From: a virus
Virus record (IMG/VR): IMGVR_UViG_3300045391_000045
Coordinates: 1-64,000 of that record
DNA length: 64,000 bases
Reading direction: 5' to 3' (one strand)
The notes under the pieces were generated by a model. It worked only from the letters and a program-made list of their open reading frames with translations, searched no databases and was not told where the DNA came from. This document shows, in pieces, positions 60,030 to 64,000 of this stretch (position 1 is its first letter; each line of letters starts with the position of its first letter). The position numbers and the translations under genes were made by a program.

Positions 60030-60320
60030 ATGGGCGTTCGAAAGCAGTTCAGGAATTGGGCGTATGATGGTCGATATGGCCGTGACCCCAATCACAAGGT
60101 TTGGGGTGGATGGTCGAATCTCGTATCTGATGACCAACTCCTTCCTGGTGCTGAAATTCGAGTGGTTGATGAGACAATGTCCGTTGCATTCGAAGATGAG
60201 AATGGCGGCGGGACTTACGGAAACAATCAAGACCGTGAGAGGCTGATTCAAAGCTTTATCCGACACCTTGATTCTGGTCTGGAATTCACAGTAACCGTCA
60301 AGCGATATGAGGAGAGCTAA
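60030..60320 (+). CDS. hypothetical protein
   Basis: hairpin-TAAGCTT-CTAAGGAGAGATAAAATG. Confidence 0.5.
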   Translation: MGVRKQFRNWAYDGRYGRDPNHKVWGGWSNLVSDDQLLPGAEIRVVDETMSVAFEDENGGGTYGNNQDRERLIQSFIRHLDSGLEFTVTVKRYEES

Positions 60321-60598
60321 TGAGCATTCATGGCGGGGTTAGTCGGCAAATGACTCTTCTATCCTTTGAATGGAAGAAGAACATTGATGAATACGATGGA
60401 ACGCTTGATGAGACATGGCACCTTACCATTACGCTTGGATGGTGGGATATCACGATTGAGCGAATTCCAAATCGTAAGCACTTCAGCCTGAAGTATGGTG
60501 TCTGTGGTTTCGGATACTGGCTTAATGTTAATAGGAATTACGAGACAATTGAAAAGCACACATTCGGAGACGCAAGCGAAAGGTTGCTGAAGAAGTGA
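60320..60598 (+). CDS. hypothetical protein
   Basis: 92 aa. Confidence 0.45.
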   Translation: MSIHGGVSRQMTLLSFEWKKNIDEYDGTLDETWHLTITLGWWDITIERIPNRKHFSLKYGVCGFGYWLNVNRNYETIEKHTFGDASERLLKK

Positions 60599-60856
60599 GA
60601 TATACAAGGGTCATTGTTCACTTTACGAATGACAAGTCTGCTGAATTCAATCATGTGATTGAGCAGCAGAGTACAGATGGTGAGTATCGATTTGAAGGAC
60701 AGCATTATCATACTCGATACGCAGTAATGAAGAGGAACGTCAATTACATTGAGAGGATTAAGTAATGGGCGATGACATGCACCCTGCATCATGCCTTCTG
60801 TGGCTGATTGCAATTGGATTGGTTATCTGGCTTATCGTGGATACGGTGAAGAGCTA

Positions 60857-61036
60857 ATGACAAACGGTGAATTGATTGAGTATCTGAAGAAGTTTCCAAG
60901 GGATGCTCAAGTTGATGGACTTCTGGTTACTGAGCATGGTAAGATGTTCCCTGTGCTTGAGAGCAGCACCCTAGATTCTCAGGATGGAGAGATTTCCTGG
61001 GAGCTTTACACTGGTGAGGAATACGACTGTTCGTAA
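60857..61036 (+). CDS. hypothetical protein
   Basis: 59 aa. Confidence 0.4.
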   Translation: MTNGELIEYLKKFPRDAQVDGLLVTEHGKMFPVLESSTLDSQDGEISWELYTGEEYDCS

Positions 61037-61110
61037 TCCAAACCCGCCCGGATTTCCGGGCAAGCTTTCTTCCTATAATATAAATTGATTATGTTCAATA
61101 GGAGGATGAA

Positions 61111-61263
61111 ATGAAGATATGGATTATCAAGACTGAGTGCGCTTGTGGATGGTACTCTGGAGAAGAAATCGCTGGAGCCTACACCACTGAAGAAAAGGCA
61201 GAGGAAGCCTTGGAGGAATTCGACGGAGAGTTCTATTACATCAGTGAGTTGGAGGTAAAGTGA
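61111..61263 (+). CDS. hypothetical small protein (paralog of next ORF)
   Basis: RBS AATAGGAGGATGAAATG. Confidence 0.4.
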   Translation: MKIWIIKTECACGWYSGEEIAGAYTTEEKAEEALEEFDGEFYYISELEVK

Positions 61264-61408
61264 GAGTCTGGTTTGTAAGTGAAGGTAATTGTGATTGCTG
61301 TATGTACGTAGCTGCGGTCTTCTCTACCGAAGAGAAGGCCAATGCTTACAAGACAGATAGCAAGTATGTAGAAATTAATTGGCATATCGTAGACGAAGAG
61401 GATTAAAA

Positions 61409-61978
61409 ATGGCAACGTTTTTCACGAGTGACACGCATTTCGGTCATCAGCGAATTATCGAGCTGTGCGAGCGGCCTTTCGATTCTGTTGATGAAATGAA
61501 TGAGGCAATGATTGAGCGCTGGAATGAGACTGTAAAGCCTGAGGACATTGTTTTTCACCTTGGTGATGTGGCACTCGGTAAGATTGCTGAGTCCCTTCCA
61601 CTTATTGGTCGTCTGAATGGCAGCATTTTCCTTGTTCCTGGTAATCACGACCGCATTTTCTCTGGTGAAAAGGAGAAGCAGCGCGTTCGATTCCTGCCTG
61701 AGTACAAGAAGGTCTTTACTGGCATCATGGCTGAGAGCCTGCGTATGGTCCTAGGAGGCTCTGAGGTTATGGTGAGCCACTTCCCCTACGTTGGGGACTC
61801 CCATGGGGCAGACAGGCACGCTGACAAGCGTCCTAAGGATGAGGGTCTGCCTATCATTCACGGCCACGTGCATGATGAGTGGGCAGAAAACGGCCGGATG
61901 TTCAATGCAGGCGTGGACGTTCGAGACTTTCGGCCCGTTCATGAGGACGTGGTAGTTGACTGGCTCAAGAGCCTGTAG
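61409..61978 (+). CDS. metallophosphoesterase (YfcE/MJ0936-like)
   Basis: SDTHFGH, GDV, GNHD, GH motifs. Confidence 0.6.
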   Translation: MATFFTSDTHFGHQRIIELCERPFDSVDEMNEAMIERWNETVKPEDIVFHLGDVALGKIAESLPLIGRLNGSIFLVPGNHDRIFSGEKEKQRVRFLPEYKKVFTGIMAESLRMVLGGSEVMVSHFPYVGDSHGADRHADKRPKDEGLPIIHGHVHDEWAENGRMFNAGVDVRDFRPVHEDVVVDWLKSL

Positions 61979-62035
61979 TAGAGTGGGGGTTGTTCGAGAG
62001 GGACAGCCCCCAAGCTTCCCGGATAAGGAGATAGT

Positions 62036-62227
62036 ATGTGTGCTAAGTGTGGTATTGATGATACGAAGGTCACTAAGCTGGACTTCGTACTTGAAGTTGC
62101 TTGGATGATTGCAGCTATTTACCTGGGACTCACCACTGAGAGTTATGTGATTGCTTACATTGACGCAATCTTCTTCGTGGTACTTCTTAGCTCTGTTTGC
62201 GACAAGGCCAAGGCCGTTTTTGCATAA
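62036..62227 (+). CDS. small membrane protein
   Basis: hairpin-CAAGCTT-GGATAAGGAG upstream. Confidence 0.4.
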   Translation: MCAKCGIDDTKVTKLDFVLEVAWMIAAIYLGLTTESYVIAYIDAIFFVVLLSSVCDKAKAVFA

Positions 62228-62235
62228 TTCAATAT

Positions 62236-62253
62236 GCCCGAAAGGGCAAGCTT
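62236..62253 (+). promoter_or_regulatory. conserved intergenic element: GC hairpin + CAAGCTT (representative copy)
   Basis: GCCCGAAAGGGC-AAGCTT. Confidence 0.5.
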
Positions 62254-62276
62254 CCTCCCTAACCCTAAGGAGAATC

Positions 62277-62732
62277 ATGGACCTGTTTAACGCAGAACGT
62301 CACGCAAAGCTGCTCATGGCTGCATATGGGCTTACTGAAAAGGGTTGGCGTTTCGAATGGGACAATGCCGCCCGGCGATTTGGTCAGTGTCGCTATTCCA
62401 CAAAGACAATTTCAATGTCTCGTCAGCTCACTAAGCAGCGTTCCGAGGCTTCTGTCAGGAATACGATGCTTCACGAAATTGCTCACGCTCTTACGCCTGG
62501 TGCTGGTCACGGCCCGGTTTGGCGTGCAAAGGCTATCTCTATCGGATGCGATGGAAACCGTTGTTCTGATGACCAGGTTGAGGTAGATTACAAGTACGTT
62601 GCTAAGTGCCCCAATGGACACGTGGCAAAGAAGTACCTTCGTAAGCCTCGTGCAACTGCTAGGTCTCGTTCTTGCGGAAAGTGCAGTCCCGTTTACAATG
62701 CTAAGTACGCAATCAAGGTATACGCACTCTAG
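62277..62732 (+). CDS. SprT-like zinc metalloprotease domain protein
   Basis: HEIAHAL (HExxH) + downstream Cys zinc ribbon. Confidence 0.5.
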   Translation: MDLFNAERHAKLLMAAYGLTEKGWRFEWDNAARRFGQCRYSTKTISMSRQLTKQRSEASVRNTMLHEIAHALTPGAGHGPVWRAKAISIGCDGNRCSDDQVEVDYKYVAKCPNGHVAKKYLRKPRATARSRSCGKCSPVYNAKYAIKVYAL

Positions 62733-62807
62733 AATGGACTGGTTCCCCATTCTGTGAATAGGCGGGGGTTTTAAATAACCCCCGCCAAGCTTGTTTTAGG
62801 AGGTTAC

Positions 62808-62984
62808 ATGAAGGACACAGTTCCATTCAATATATACAAGGAACATGTCAAGATGGGTCACGAATGGAATGACCACACTGATGATTTGGAGAGATTCAAT
62901 ATCGATACGGTAAGTAAGAGAATCTATCGCTGTTCATGTGGCTGGATGGGATGGTTCAGAAGTGAAGATTTGGCTGGACGATGA
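62808..62984 (+). CDS. hypothetical small protein
   Basis: RBS TTTTAGGAGGTTACATG. Confidence 0.35.
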   Translation: MKDTVPFNIYKEHVKMGHEWNDHTDDLERFNIDTVSKRIYRCSCGWMGWFRSEDLAGR

Positions 62985-63273
62985 GCGTAATCCAAATGAT
63001 TGGGTAGAAAACCCAAAGTCTTGGTTTTGGGTTAAGAATAGCTATGATGCTATTGAATTGCTCGATGACATTCGTCGTAAGGGTAACACAGTTGACGTCA
63101 TGTCGTTTGACCATGACCTAGGGGGTAGCGATACCTCACGTCGTGTGGTACTGTGGTGCTGTGAGCAAGAGTGGTGGCCCAATGAGTGTCGAGTCCACTC
63201 TGCGAACCCTGTAGGATATGAGTGGTTGTCTGGTATGATTAACCGATACGCACCCGAAGGGACGTTGAAGTGA
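62938..63273 (+). CDS. hypothetical protein
   Basis: 111 aa. Confidence 0.4.
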   Translation: MAGWDGSEVKIWLDDERNPNDWVENPKSWFWVKNSYDAIELLDDIRRKGNTVDVMSFDHDLGGSDTSRRVVLWCCEQEWWPNECRVHSANPVGYEWLSGMINRYAPEGTLK

Positions 63274-63719
63274 AGGCTTACATGGTGTACCATCGTGACG
63301 CAGACTCATGGAATTCCAGCAACGAGCTTCCCAAGGCAGTGTTTCTTGACAGGGATGCGGCTGAAGGGTATGCTTCTAAGCAGCCTGGTTACGGGCTTAA
63401 TGTAGACTGGTTTGTCAAGGACGTTCCCCTGAATCCGGAGGTTAATATGAGCGAGTGGGCCGATGATGTTGTCAAGGAACTGGATGAGCAGTACAATGTT
63501 CCTGCGAATGTTGAGGGAAACATCGTAAAGAAGGTTGAAATTGACCTTCCTGGCAAGCACTACCTTGACATTACGAATCACAGCCTTTACGGTTTCATTG
63601 TCACACTGACAATTTGTGACGAGACTGGCGGGGTTATCGCTGAGAAGGAACTGCTTATTGGTGTTAAGCGGGAAGACCTTGCTAGTGATGTGGCAGGTAT
63701 TTACAATTCCTACGAATGA
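63270..63719 (+). CDS. hypothetical protein
   Basis: 149 aa. Confidence 0.5.
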   Translation: MKAYMVYHRDADSWNSSNELPKAVFLDRDAAEGYASKQPGYGLNVDWFVKDVPLNPEVNMSEWADDVVKELDEQYNVPANVEGNIVKKVEIDLPGKHYLDITNHSLYGFIVTLTICDETGGVIAEKELLIGVKREDLASDVAGIYNSYE

Positions 63720-63725
63720 GGGGTA

Positions 63726-63917
63726 ATGGGAATTAGAAAGTGGACGGACCTTACTCCATCTGAAAAGATGCAGTGGTTCGATAACTCAATACGAATGCAT
63801 GAAAACCTTCCTATCCAGAAGAAGCGCAAGATTTGGGCGCGGATTGAGAAGGAACGCAAGAAGGCTGAACAGAGAGCCAAAAGGCGTAAGCCTAAGTGGT
63901 GGCAGCGTAAGAAGTAG
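63726..63917 (+). CDS. hypothetical basic protein
   Basis: 63 aa. Confidence 0.4.
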   Translation: MGIRKWTDLTPSEKMQWFDNSIRMHENLPIQKKRKIWARIEKERKKAEQRAKRRKPKWWQRKK

Positions 63918-63931
63918 CCACATGGGAGGGG

Positions 63932-63960
63932 TTGACAGCCTCTCCCAAGCTTGCTAGACT
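63932..63960 (+). promoter_or_regulatory. promoter TTGACA-N17-TAGACT (contains CAAGCTT)
   Basis: GGGTTGACAGCCTCTCCCAAGCTTGCTAGACT. Confidence 0.45.
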
Positions 63961-64000
63961 TCACTCACAACGAAGGGAAGAGCATGAAGCCTAAGCCAAA

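Noticed and set aside
1-64000. CRISPR arrays, integrase/attachment sites, rRNA
   Set aside because: No regularly spaced direct repeats with unique spacers; no tyrosine/serine recombinase motifs seen; no rRNA-like conserved blocks

Overview
This 64 kb window reads as part of a large tailed phage genome, with almost every gene on the + strand. Host markers point to an actinobacterium, probably a Streptomyces-type phage: WhiB-like, Lsr2-like and SsgB-like proteins, AAGGAGG ribosome-binding sites (RBS), and TTGACA-N17/18-TAnnnT promoters with TAAGAT/TAGACT -10 boxes.

The window opens with a DNA replication/recombination and nucleotide-metabolism module: a RecA-like C-terminus, a Cas4/RecB-like nuclease, a RuvC-like resolvase, a dNMP kinase, a 5'-nucleotidase, two glycosyltransferase-like proteins and a cytidylyltransferase. 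Small and large terminase subunits follow.

Most of the remaining ~50 kb is an RNA-centred accessory island. It contains about 33 tRNA genes in clusters, several with odd features, and a phage tmRNA with tag ANSMNASAFALAA. A Ro60 (TROVE + vWA) orthologue sits beside roughly seven repeated 60-140 nt units bounded by GGGTCGG and ACATATCCG. Two of these units carry a permuted tRNA-like module of the kind described for YrlA/Y RNAs. The island also encodes an Rnl1-like and an Rnl2-like RNA ligase, a polynucleotide kinase, two metallophosphoesterases and two DEDD 3'-5' exonucleases. ADP-ribose-processing macro and NADAR domain proteins and a GHKL/Hsp90-like ATPase are present too. Five HNH endonucleases and at least 14 paralogous small KOW/SH3-like proteins are scattered between the tRNAs.

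Two regulatory sequence families recur: sigma70-like promoters ahead of tRNA genes, and a GC hairpin followed immediately by CAAGCTT about 10-25 nt upstream of more than 30 gene starts. Three small KOW-like genes start exactly 2 nt after a tRNA 3' end (junction ACATGG). tRNA 3' processing at that junction would leave a near-leaderless mRNA.

All coordinates were read by hand from the sequence and may be off by a few nucleotides. Anticodon calls were made by manual folding.
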